Positions 1-7,426 of a stretch of 51,263 nt of DNA are shown in pieces (positions within the stretch are counted from its first letter, which is position 1; each line of letters opens with the position of its first letter). Location of the stretch: IMG/VR virus record IMGVR_UViG_3300010232_000005; one strand, written 5' to 3'. Origin of the DNA: a virus. A model generated the notes under the pieces. The model searched no databases, was not told the origin of the DNA, and saw nothing but the letters and a program-made list of their open reading frames with translations. The position numbers and the translations under genes were made by a program.

Positions 1-55
1 GTGTCGAATCTTAACGTCGCCCGTGTCGGGTTCAAGGTGCCCGACCCAATCGTCG
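1..55. repeat. 55-bp exact terminal duplication (1-55 = 51209-51263), a signature of a circular or terminally redundant genome
   Basis: Read directly: gtgtcgaatcttaacgtcgcccgtgtcgggttcaaggtgcccgacccaatcgtcg occurs at both window ends. Confidence 0.95.
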
Positions 56-384
56 GCGGCGGCTTCGGCGGGATCGTCGCCGCCGTCGGTTGCGACCGCG
101 TCGCCGACGGCGTCTTCGAAGGCGTCGACGGTGTCGCCGAAGTCACGTTCGGCGTCGGTCGGGTCGCGGTCGTCACCGGTAAGGTGGTCGTCGGCATGAA
201 GCCCGTACGGGTCGCGGTCCTTCAATTCGGCGACGGCCGCTTCGACGTTAGCGGTTAGCGTCGGGTCGGCGTATTCGCCGTCGGGAAGGTTCGCCGCGAC
301 CGGGGCCGTGCGGTCGATATATTCGATTAGCCCGTCGGTCGATTTGTTTGCCGCGTCGAAGTCGGCGTCGGTGTGTCGCACCAT
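1..384 (-). CDS. N-terminal 128 codons of a wrap-around gene (MVRHT-class start). It continues in frame into 51208..50045, for about 515 aa in total.
   Basis: ATG at 384 (ATGGTGCGACACACC = MVRHT). The minus frame has no stop down to position 1. The phase matches the open frame entering the window end once the 55-bp duplication is accounted for. It is absent from the ORF track because it runs off the edge. Confidence 0.75.
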   Translation of the reverse strand, partial: MVRHTDADFDAANKSTDGLIEYIDRTAPVAANLPDGEYADPTLTANVEAAVAELKDRDPYGLHADDHLTGDDRDPTDAERDFGDTVDAFEDAVGDAVATDGGDDPAEAAADDWVGHLEPDTGDVKIRH

Positions 385-422
385 ATCTATACAGTACACC
401 CCCACGTACATAAGTGTGTCGG
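370..422 (-). promoter_or_regulatory. MVRHT promoter/start module, copy 1 (BRE-like CCGACACAC + TTATGTAC + GGTGCGACACACC box)
   Basis: The plus strand reads ggtgtgtcgcacc(370-382)...gtacataagtgtgtcgg(406-422). The same block is seen at 7 other sites. Confidence 0.7.
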
Positions 423-456
423 CGCTTTACACCATTATCAGTTACCGGTGTCGTTT

Positions 457-472
457 ACCGACACGTTTTTAC
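457..472 (+). promoter_or_regulatory. Promoter (ACCGACACGTTTTTAC) for the TFB-like gene
   Basis: Matches the genome-wide consensus in plus orientation. The T-run starts 32 nt upstream of ATG 498. Confidence 0.55.
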
Positions 473-497
473 TACCGTTTGCCGTACAGTCCCACGT

Positions 498-1481
498 ATG
501 CCAAGCAATCAAACGCCGGGGAACCCCCGGCTAATCCGCGAATTGGCCGACGAAGTCGGCTTAGACGGATCGTTCGCCGACTTTGCGACCGACGTGTACG
601 GCGAAGTCGATAACGACGGTGGGTACGCGAAGGCGGGCGTTCCCGGTGCCGTGTATTCGGCGGTTCGGATTCGCGGCGAACCGATCAAACCGAAGGAAAT
701 TGCCGACGCCGCCGACGTCGACGTTAACCGTGTCATGTCTGATATGCGTCGCATGGTGCGGTCACTTCCGTTCGACGTGTCGGTCGGGGGCACCGAACGC
801 CGGTACGTCGAACGGTATGTCGACGCGCTAAACGCCGACGACGCCTTCCGTGAAACCGCGTTATCGCTTTGCGACGACGGAAAAGACGCCGACATTCATA
901 ACGGAAAGGCACCGTCGGCGTTCGCGGCGGCGGTCGTGTACGCCGCGTCGGTGGTCGACGAAGCCGGGTACGAACAGAAGCACGTCGCCGACGTCGCCGA
1001 CGTCACGACGACGATTATCCGCCGGTACTACCGCAACATTATCGCCACGTCGAACGACGCGACCGGGGCACCCGCCGACATTCCTGCCTTCGTCGATAGT
1101 GTCGTCGACGGAATCGGCGGCGACATTCCCGACGCCGTTCGCCAAGACGCGACGGAAATGGCACACGCTATCGACCCCGACGCCGGGTGGGTGCGGCGGT
1201 GCGACCCGAAGGCGATTGCGGCGGCGATTGTGTACGTCGCGGCGAAGCGCAACCGCGTCGACGTCACGCAAGCCGAAGCCGGCGAACCCGTCGGTATGTC
1301 TCGGCACGCCGTGAACGCGCGGTCGCAAGACGTGAAAGAATGGGATACGCGGCGGCGGCTTGAAGACGCAAATTACAACCGGCTGAAGGAACTTGCCGCC
1401 GAAAACGGGGCCGGTGTCGGGTCGACGCCCGAACGCGACCGCCTAATCGACGTCTTGGCGAATATGGGTGTCGAACCATAA
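498..1481 (+). CDS. TFB/TFIIB-like protein with cyclin-fold repeats only (no N-terminal zinc ribbon or B-reader)
   Basis: MPSNQTPGNPRLIRELADEVGL... followed by GKAPSAFAAAVVYAASVVDEAGYEQKHVADVADVTTTIIRRYYRNI, which resembles the TFB repeat-2 signature (sGk.P.g.AAAaiY.As...tQ.eva.vagVte.TiRnrY). Two further similar segments are present (GAVYSAVRIRGEPIKPKEIADAADV; DPKAIAAAIVYVAAKRNRVDVTQAE). The start was moved to ATG 498 because of promoter spacing and the basic junk N-terminus in the track ORF. Confidence 0.6.
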   Translation: MPSNQTPGNPRLIRELADEVGLDGSFADFATDVYGEVDNDGGYAKAGVPGAVYSAVRIRGEPIKPKEIADAADVDVNRVMSDMRRMVRSLPFDVSVGGTERRYVERYVDALNADDAFRETALSLCDDGKDADIHNGKAPSAFAAAVVYAASVVDEAGYEQKHVADVADVTTTIIRRYYRNIIATSNDATGAPADIPAFVDSVVDGIGGDIPDAVRQDATEMAHAIDPDAGWVRRCDPKAIAAAIVYVAAKRNRVDVTQAEAGEPVGMSRHAVNARSQDVKEWDTRRRLEDANYNRLKELAAENGAGVGSTPERDRLIDVLANMGVEP

Positions 1482-1966
1482 TGTTCGGGGGAAGCGACGC
1501 CGACGACCTTCCGTCGTCTATTGGCGAAGTAATCGACGACGTGACGACGCGGGGCGATATAGTGCCGCCCGACGTGCGGAAGCGCGCCGAACGGCAAGCG
1601 GTTCGGGCGGTTCGAAGCGACGCCGGACACCGATTCGAAAGTGACGGCTTCGACATGGATACGTGCGAAGACGCAGCACACGCCGTCGGATCGGCGGGCT
1701 TCCCCGAATCGGTTTGGTACACGTCGCCCGACGTCGTCGACGACATTCGGGAATGGTACGACCACCGTAACACCGTCGGCGACCACGAAGCGGACTTCGA
1801 TCCGGCCGTTATGGTCGCCAATCGGCACGTACGGCAAGCCCCCGACGGCGTCTTCGACCGCAACGTTATGCTTCTAATCGGCGACGGGGCGGTCGTGCCG
1901 GCACCCTTGTCGGTGTCGCGTGTCGTCGTTCGGAACCCCGACGGGGTTGCGGTGGTTCGGCTATGA
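1481..1966 (+). CDS. Hypothetical acidic protein
   Basis: 161-aa ORF with ATGA overlap to the upstream gene and GC3-rich codons. Confidence 0.6.
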   Translation: MFGGSDADDLPSSIGEVIDDVTTRGDIVPPDVRKRAERQAVRAVRSDAGHRFESDGFDMDTCEDAAHAVGSAGFPESVWYTSPDVVDDIREWYDHRNTVGDHEADFDPAVMVANRHVRQAPDGVFDRNVMLLIGDGAVVPAPLSVSRVVVRNPDGVAVVRL

Positions 1967-2484
1967 AGCAAGCACACCGAATGCGGGGCGTCGTGCGGGA
2001 ACTATCAGACGACGACCTTCAATTCGCGGTCGACTTGGGCCGGGAACGCGACGAATCCATGAATCACGCCGGGGTCGGCGTCGGTCCCGCCGAACGCAGC
2101 GACATACACGTTCGCGGTGCGAAGGCGGAAGTCGCCGTCGCCCGGTATTGGCAAATCGAACCACACGACCATGTCGGGTCGCCCGACGACGGATCGGATT
2201 ATTCGGTCGTCGTAAACGGCGTGCCCGCCGACGTCGACGTGAAGGCCAAGCCCGGCGACTATTGGGGAGACGAAGATATGTTCGTCGAACCCAAGCACGT
2301 CGCCCGAATCGACGTCTTCGTCTTAACGTGCGTCGACGGCCGACGGGTGCGGTTGATCGGCTACCTACCGGCGTCGGCCGTCACCGATTACGACACCGAA
2401 GAAACGAACGACAAAACACTATACCGGGTGCCGGGCGGCGACATGAACCCGCTACCGACGCCCGACGAAGTTACCCAACCATGA
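1963..2484 (+). CDS. Putative PD-(D/E)XK-type nuclease-fold protein
   Basis: GAKAEVAVARYW ... D ... DVDVKAK resembles the G.GE...D...(D/E)xK arrangement. ATGA overlaps on both sides. The call is weak. Confidence 0.35.
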   Translation: MKQAHRMRGVVRELSDDDLQFAVDLGRERDESMNHAGVGVGPAERSDIHVRGAKAEVAVARYWQIEPHDHVGSPDDGSDYSVVVNGVPADVDVKAKPGDYWGDEDMFVEPKHVARIDVFVLTCVDGRRVRLIGYLPASAVTDYDTEETNDKTLYRVPGGDMNPLPTPDEVTQP

Positions 2485-2882
2485 AACTACTATATCACAC
2501 CCGCGACTTATGGGAAGGCCGCGGCGGATACGTCGAAGACGAATGGCTAACAGATACCGACGGGCGGTACGCGTTCCGTGCCCGGCTTCAAGGCGACGCG
2601 TTCGTCGTGTGTGCCCTATCAGAAGCCGGCGACGACGGAAATATATCGTTCCGGTACGAAGTCGCTAAGACCGCCGCACAGGAAGACCGATACGTCGTCG
2701 TGCGGGTTCGTGACGACTTCTATATCTTCGACGGGGCGACGGCACTTGCGAAGGGAAACGTCGGCGACCCGTACGACGACGACCGTGCCGCAAAAGGCGA
2801 AGAATGGGTGTACGTGCCCCGGTCGATTGGGGCACGCTTCGAAGACTTCGTCGACGGAAGCGACGAACCCGTCGTCGTCTAA
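2481..2882 (+). CDS. Hypothetical protein (MKLLYHTRDLWEGRGGYVEDEW...)
   Basis: Acidic C-terminal part of track ORF 1920..2882. ATG 2481 overlaps the upstream stop. The upstream Arg-rich part was rejected. Confidence 0.55.
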   Translation: MKLLYHTRDLWEGRGGYVEDEWLTDTDGRYAFRARLQGDAFVVCALSEAGDDGNISFRYEVAKTAAQEDRYVVVRVRDDFYIFDGATALAKGNVGDPYDDDRAAKGEEWVYVPRSIGARFEDFVDGSDEPVVV

Positions 2883-3604
2883 ACGACGTCGGCGACGTCG
2901 GCACCTTCGACGTGCGTCCCGTGTTCGTTTTGCTTGACATACACCATTTCGACGTCGGAACCGTAATCGTCGATTCGGTCGTCGCGGTCGGATTCGGTTG
3001 CGGCGATTACGACTTCCCACGCGTCGTCGGCGTTGCGTTTTACCGCCTTCGCGTGGTACCGGTCGAAAACGCGGCGAAGAATGTCGTCGGCCGCCCGTTC
3101 CCCGAACGACCACGCGTCGTCGATCCACGACCGAAACGCCTTCGCCGGGGCGACGATTGGTAATTCTGGAACCACATGGTTCACGTACCATTTGACCTTG
3201 GCCGACTTCGGTGCCTTCGCGTGTGGTTTCTCGTCGTCTGAAGCGTCGTCGTCTTCGTCGTCGGTGTCGTCTTCGACGGTCGACGTGTGTGGGTCGTCGG
3301 TGTGTGTGTGCAACCGTCGGAAAAGGGTACCCCCACCCCCGTCGGATTCGGCACCTTCGACTTGCCGTTCGATCCGGTCGATTCGTTGAACAAGGTCGGC
3401 GACCGACGCGTTAATCGACGATACGTCGTCTTCGATTCGCTGCAAGGCGTCGGTGTCGTCGCCTTCTATGTAGTTCAAGATAGCGCGTTCCAATTCGCTA
3501 CCGACGACGCCGTGTGTTCGACCGTGGGTATCGTCGACGTGGCTAACGAACCGTTTCCATAAGTCTTCGTCAATTCGAACGCCGATTTTCTTGTTACTTC
3601 CCAT
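2879..3604 (-). CDS. Ribbon-helix-helix (CopG/MetJ-like) DNA-binding regulator with an acidic linker and a C-terminal domain
   Basis: The N-terminus KKIGVRIDEDLWKRFVSHV has a beta-strand/helix RHH pattern. The gene lies next to a divergent control region. Confidence 0.55.
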   Translation of the reverse strand: MGSNKKIGVRIDEDLWKRFVSHVDDTHGRTHGVVGSELERAILNYIEGDDTDALQRIEDDVSSINASVADLVQRIDRIERQVEGAESDGGGGTLFRRLHTHTDDPHTSTVEDDTDDEDDDASDDEKPHAKAPKSAKVKWYVNHVVPELPIVAPAKAFRSWIDDAWSFGERAADDILRRVFDRYHAKAVKRNADDAWEVVIAATESDRDDRIDDYGSDVEMVYVKQNEHGTHVEGADVADVV

Positions 3605-3619
3605 ACGGTGTCGGTTACG

Positions 3620-3673
3620 GATTGGGAACTAAAGCGTTCCGGTTCGCCCCCGATTGGGAACATAAGTCGGTGG
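3620..3673 (-). promoter_or_regulatory. Tandem duplicated promoter/operator units upstream of the RHH gene
   Basis: gattgggaac-taaagcg (3620-) and gattgggaac-ataagtcgg (3652-). On the gene strand these read CGCTTTAGTTCCCAATC and CCGACTTATGTTCCCAATC. The proximal TATA-like element starts 30 nt upstream of ATG 3604. Confidence 0.5.
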
Positions 3674-3703
3674 TTCGATTCGGTGTGTAACCATTCGGTT
3701 CCG

Positions 3704-3796
3704 ATTACTTACTTACTTTCTGTTACGTTTGCATAAGTAAGTAAGTAATAAGGGGTGGTCTTCGACCACCCCTTCGGGCGGCACTTCGTGCCGCCC
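3704..3796. repeat. AT-rich 13-bp inverted repeat followed by two GC-rich hairpins
   Basis: attacttacttac (3704-3716) pairs with gtaagtaagtaat (3737-3749). The hairpins are aaggggtggtc-ttc-gaccacccctt (3750-3774) and gggcggcac-ttc-gtgccgccc (3776-3796). Confidence 0.8.
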
Positions 3797-3904
3797 TTGT
3801 GCGATTAGTTGGTGTATATCCGCGAAGGCCGAAGGCGTTAGAAAGTCCCTAACCACGCCTTCGAAAATTCGTTGCACACACACACCGATCCCACCGGAAC
3901 GACT

Positions 3905-4447
3905 ATGTCGACGACCGTTGAACGTTCGCGTATGTCCAATTCGAAGGGGGATCGGTGGGAACGTAATTACGTTAACGCCCTATCAGCTAGCGACCCGGAA
4001 ACCGATAAGGGGGCGTATAACCGGGTCGGGATCGACGACTTTGCCTTCGTCGAACTTTTTACCGCTTTGCGTCTTCCGGCGTCGGGCGGTGGTCGTGACG
4101 CCGACCTTCCCGACCTTCATGTGTGGCTTCGTACGGGCGACGAAGTCTATCAATTCGCGGTCGAAGTCAAATCAGGGGCGGAACGCGTTAGCTTCGATAA
4201 CGACGAAATTTCGGCCCTTGAACGGTACGCACAAGCGACCGTGTCGACGGCCCTTGTGTTCGTACATATCGACAAGGATTCGCGTCACGACGATCTAGGC
4301 GGCGATTATGTGGTTCCTATCGACGACCTTCATTCGACCAACAAGGGGTATTCGTTCACGAAAATGCGTGACGGCGGGATCGACGTCGATCAATGTACTG
4401 GAATCCCGTTCGCGGAATGGGTGAAACGCCCGACGTCTTCGATTTAG
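3905..4447 (+). CDS. hjc: Holliday junction resolvase, archaeal Hjc family
   Basis: SKGDRWERNYVNAL ... LRLPASGGG..DLPDLHV ... FAVEVKSG ... ISALERYA, matching the Hjc motif order (KG..fEr, SG, D, E-x-K). The start is uncertain (3872, 3905 or 3932). Confidence 0.65.
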   Translation: MSTTVERSRMSNSKGDRWERNYVNALSASDPETDKGAYNRVGIDDFAFVELFTALRLPASGGGRDADLPDLHVWLRTGDEVYQFAVEVKSGAERVSFDNDEISALERYAQATVSTALVFVHIDKDSRHDDLGGDYVVPIDDLHSTNKGYSFTKMRDGGIDVDQCTGIPFAEWVKRPTSSI

Positions 4448-4812
4448 TCGTCTTCGCCCTTCTTTGTAGAATTAGTACCGCCAAATAGCAATCCGTCGAC
4501 GTCGGCTTTATCCGCCACTTTTTTCAAAAGTTCATAATTACGGTCGGTCTTGTCGTCGACGCGGTCGACCTTGTCTTCGACGCTTCGTACCCGGATTCGT
4601 AGGTCGGTATGCGATCCTTCTATTTCTTCGAATCGTTCGTCGGTACTTTGTAGGTGCCCGTCGTCTAATTCACCACCAGCAAGGGCTTCGTATGCGGGTT
4701 TTCCATACTGATAGTGTCGTATTGTTAAAAAGACCAACCATGAAAATATCGAACCGAATCCGAAGACAACAGCCCATACTAACACGTCGGCGACAACTTG
4801 ATCGGTAACCAT
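4444..4812 (-). CDS. Membrane-anchored coiled-coil protein
   Basis: The N-terminus has hydrophobic segments (VLVWAVVFGFGSIFSWLVFLTI), followed by heptad-like charged sequence. Confidence 0.55.
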   Translation of the reverse strand: MVTDQVVADVLVWAVVFGFGSIFSWLVFLTIRHYQYGKPAYEALAGGELDDGHLQSTDERFEEIEGSHTDLRIRVRSVEDKVDRVDDKTDRNYELLKKVADKADVDGLLFGGTNSTKKGEDD

Positions 4813-4882
4813 TCTAACTTTGCGTTCGTGCCAATGTGGTTTAATTTCTACCTTCCAACGTTTGGTTTTGCGCGTGCCCGTT

Positions 4883-6172
4883 TTATTCGAATTGTTCGTG
4901 CGGTAGTTCGAAGTCTATAACTTTGTTTCCGTTGTCGTCTTCGGCCCAAGCGTCATATGCCGACATTTCGACTTCGTCTTCGTTGTTCGTTGACGATTCG
5001 CACCCTATTCCCAAATAATAATACCCGGATTCGTCGCTAACGTCATAACTATCTACATTTTGGCCGAAGTTAGGGTCAATATATTCTATTCCAGTTCCGA
5101 CTTCGGCTTGTACGCCGGCCGGTTCGACGCCGCCAAGTGTTGGGTCTACTTTCGATTCGGCGGTCGGCCCGCCGCCTTCCGACGTTAGTGTATTCGCCGA
5201 CCATTCGACATAAATTCTGTCAGCTATATTTATTAAAAAGCGTTGCGTCGTGCGCGACCAAGCTAGTGCGTCTGTGCTTATCGAACTGGTTCCATCGGCT
5301 AATGCGTAATGGTACGTAGGTCCGTCGTTTGTAGTAAACGCGACCGATGTAGGTGGGTCAGAATCGTCACTTTCGTTGGGGTCTTCGAACGATTTTTCTA
5401 CCATATTAACGATTATCGGTTCGATTGCCTCATTCCATTGGACCAACAATCGAATTGTTCGACCCGATACGCCCGTTTCGACTTCGGTGATTCGGGCGGC
5501 GTATTCTTTGTCTATTTCTTCGTCTTTCGTAACGGAAGACGTGAATGTGTTTGTGCCGTCGCTTGGAATAGTGCCCGAAACAGTGTCGATAACCGTGCCG
5601 CTTGCACTTTCCGAGTCGGTCGGGTTAAATTCCAAAAACTCTATGTCGACGTCTATATCCCCATTCGACGTACCACTTAATACTAATTCCAATTGGCTGG
5701 CTTCGTCTATTTTGGGCGTGTATGGGTCGGCTTCCCATGAATCTACAATTATATTTAACCACGCTACCGGAACGATTCGACTATCGTTAGCTTGGTATTT
5801 AAAAGAACTTACGTCGTTTTTTGTCCTACTTTCTCTAAACGCGTATAAGCCCCCGGCTACAATAGTTTCCGTTTGTGTGCTAAACACCGAACCGTCTTCT
5901 TTCCATTCCGTCGTATAATCAATTCCTTCGCTGCTATTGTTTTGCACGTCCCAGCGCATATCGACCGATTTGCCGACTTCTAAAATCCTATCCGAAACCC
6001 ATAATTCCCCGACCGTCACACCCGACCCCAACCCATTCGTTTTTATGAATGCAAAATCCGAATCGTCGGTGTCATTTAGTAATTGGTTTTTTCCGTATGC
6101 AAATGTGTTTTGCGTCGGCAAACCGATCCCGACGGATTCGTCTTTGACAAATATAAAATCGCTTTCCGCCAT
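4883..6172 (-). CDS. Putative tail fibre / receptor-binding protein (low-GC cassette)
   Basis: 429-aa ORF at the distal end of the tail module, rich in S/T/N/G. Local GC is clearly lower than the genome average (about 42% in the line sampled at 5701-5760). Confidence 0.45.
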   Translation of the reverse strand: MAESDFIFVKDESVGIGLPTQNTFAYGKNQLLNDTDDSDFAFIKTNGLGSGVTVGELWVSDRILEVGKSVDMRWDVQNNSSEGIDYTTEWKEDGSVFSTQTETIVAGGLYAFRESRTKNDVSSFKYQANDSRIVPVAWLNIIVDSWEADPYTPKIDEASQLELVLSGTSNGDIDVDIEFLEFNPTDSESASGTVIDTVSGTIPSDGTNTFTSSVTKDEEIDKEYAARITEVETGVSGRTIRLLVQWNEAIEPIIVNMVEKSFEDPNESDDSDPPTSVAFTTNDGPTYHYALADGTSSISTDALAWSRTTQRFLINIADRIYVEWSANTLTSEGGGPTAESKVDPTLGGVEPAGVQAEVGTGIEYIDPNFGQNVDSYDVSDESGYYYLGIGCESSTNNEDEVEMSAYDAWAEDDNGNKVIDFELPHEQFE

Positions 6173-6173
6173 T

Positions 6174-6899
6174 TTAGTAACCGTAATACGACTTCGTTCT
6201 ATCGACCCAATTTTGTAAATCGTTTTTGGCTATGAAATTTTCCGAGATAAAGCACTGCCCTACGTCGATGTTCGCCACCCCACCATCGGAAGGGTGGCGG
6301 GCGAACTGGTGATCGTACGCTAAAGTATCATCTCGTAGTTCACTTGTGTCAACCGAGTCAGTCGCTACTTGGGAAAGGTTCGTCCCGATATACATGAGTG
6401 CATCCGTTCCGTCTGCGTGCCCGACAAAAGGTTGCCACGCACCAGTCGTGTAGTCGCTTTGACTCCAATTGCAGCCAAATACGGTCTGATTAGAGCTGGC
6501 ATTCGTGCCACAAACTACGAATTCGGTGTTATTGAGTCGCCAAGCATCCCCGTTTGAGGTGTCGTCACACCCAAAAATGGGCTTGTCGCTGTTGGCATTA
6601 TCTCGCACCCAGGCCCCAATTGTGAGCGTGGCTGTGTTTAGCGGAAAATTCAGGGTGCTTTTCGTGTCTGTGAGCGTGGTATACGAGTTAGTGGCCGAGT
6701 AATCAAGGTAATTTTTCCCCGAGGGTGTTGTGGCCCAGGAGGGGTTTGTTATATCACCATCAGCAGTGGACTCACTATCACTAAGTGTCAAGCCTGACCC
6801 TTCGCTGTGTTGCCAAACATAATCGGCGTCGTCCGGAACGGATATGTCAGTTACGTATTGAAGTCCGTTAGCCCTGAAACCCGCGTCATTAAGTCCCAT
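6174..6899 (-). CDS. LamG/concanavalin-A-like lectin-fold tail protein
   Basis: LTIGAWVRDNANSDKPIFG...GDAWRL...GAWQPFVGHADGTDALMYIGTN follows the Laminin_G_3-type pattern (f.t.saWv...; W.hv..v.dg....lY.dG). Confidence 0.55.
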   Translation of the reverse strand: MGLNDAGFRANGLQYVTDISVPDDADYVWQHSEGSGLTLSDSESTADGDITNPSWATTPSGKNYLDYSATNSYTTLTDTKSTLNFPLNTATLTIGAWVRDNANSDKPIFGCDDTSNGDAWRLNNTEFVVCGTNASSNQTVFGCNWSQSDYTTGAWQPFVGHADGTDALMYIGTNLSQVATDSVDTSELRDDTLAYDHQFARHPSDGGVANIDVGQCFISENFIAKNDLQNWVDRTKSYYGY

Positions 6900-6901
6900 A
6901 T

Positions 6902-7231
6902 TTATGCCTCGTCTACTTCTATTCCGACTGCATAGTAAAAGACTCCGGCGTTCCCACTGGTATTTTCAATTCGCAATCGGGTGTTTTTGACCGCACTTAT
7001 AATTAATTCATTTAATTGGCTGTGTGATTCGCCGGATAGACTATCAACTTGGACGCTTTGGTCGAATGTTCCGTCGTTGTTAGTGTCTATCTCCCTATAA
7101 ACCGTCGCGCTATCGCCGCCCCCTATTTCGACGATTTCGGCCGCACCCGTACCGCCGGTCGATCCTTCTATCGTAACACTATTTCCGTTGTCGGCTGTTC
7201 CCGACACGACGAAAGGGTCGTTTCGTGCCAT
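6902..7231 (-). CDS. Small tail-associated protein
   Basis: 109-aa ORF packed tightly between fibre genes. Confidence 0.5.
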   Translation of the reverse strand: MARNDPFVVSGTADNGNSVTIEGSTGGTGAAEIVEIGGGDSATVYREIDTNNDGTFDQSVQVDSLSGESHSQLNELIISAVKNTRLRIENTSGNAGVFYYAVGIEVDEA

Positions 7232-7232
7232 T

Positions 7233-7406
7233 CTATCGTCGTGACTTTGTTTTTTGCCGACGGTAATAATATTGTGCTTCCCTACCGCTTAGAAACGCTT
7301 CGGATTCGAAGTCGGCGGGCCGGTATGTTTTCTTCCGGCGTTGTAACATTTGTGCGACGTCTGACAAACTTACGACCGACGTTTCGGTTAGGGTTGTTAC
7401 GTACAT
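7233..7406 (-). CDS. Possible small basic ORF (57 aa), not in the track
   Basis: Hand translation from ATG 7406: MYVTTLTETSVVSLSDVAQMLQRRKKTYRPADFESEAFLSGREAQYYYRRQKTKSRR, with stop at 7233-7235. It fills the gap between two genes. Confidence 0.3.
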   Translation of the reverse strand: MYVTTLTETSVVSLSDVAQMLQRRKKTYRPADFESEAFLSGREAQYYYRRQKTKSRR

Positions 7407-7426
7407 GATTTTACTATCTTCTTGGT

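Noticed and set aside
1-258. Plus-strand ORF MSNLNVARVGFKV... at the window start
   Set aside because: It is antisense to the much better supported minus-strand MVRHT gene (1-384). It is Gly/Val-rich, typical of the wrong frame of GC-rich coding DNA.
3431-3461. Two 11-nt anchors (ttcgattcgct, and cggtgtcgtcg) matching the two ends of the protospacer reconstructed from spacers 1 and 2, inside the virus's own RHH gene
   Set aside because: The anchors are 9 nt apart here but 14 nt apart in the reconstructed protospacer, a difference that is not a multiple of 3. The reconstructed sequence would introduce an in-frame stop. The second anchor is low-complexity gtcgtcg-type sequence that is abundant in this genome. 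Single 11-mer hits are expected by chance. It would be worth re-testing only with a real alignment against related viruses.
3875-3884. (CA)5 microsatellite upstream of hjc
   Set aside because: It is too short to call a functional repeat. It is noted only as part of the control region.
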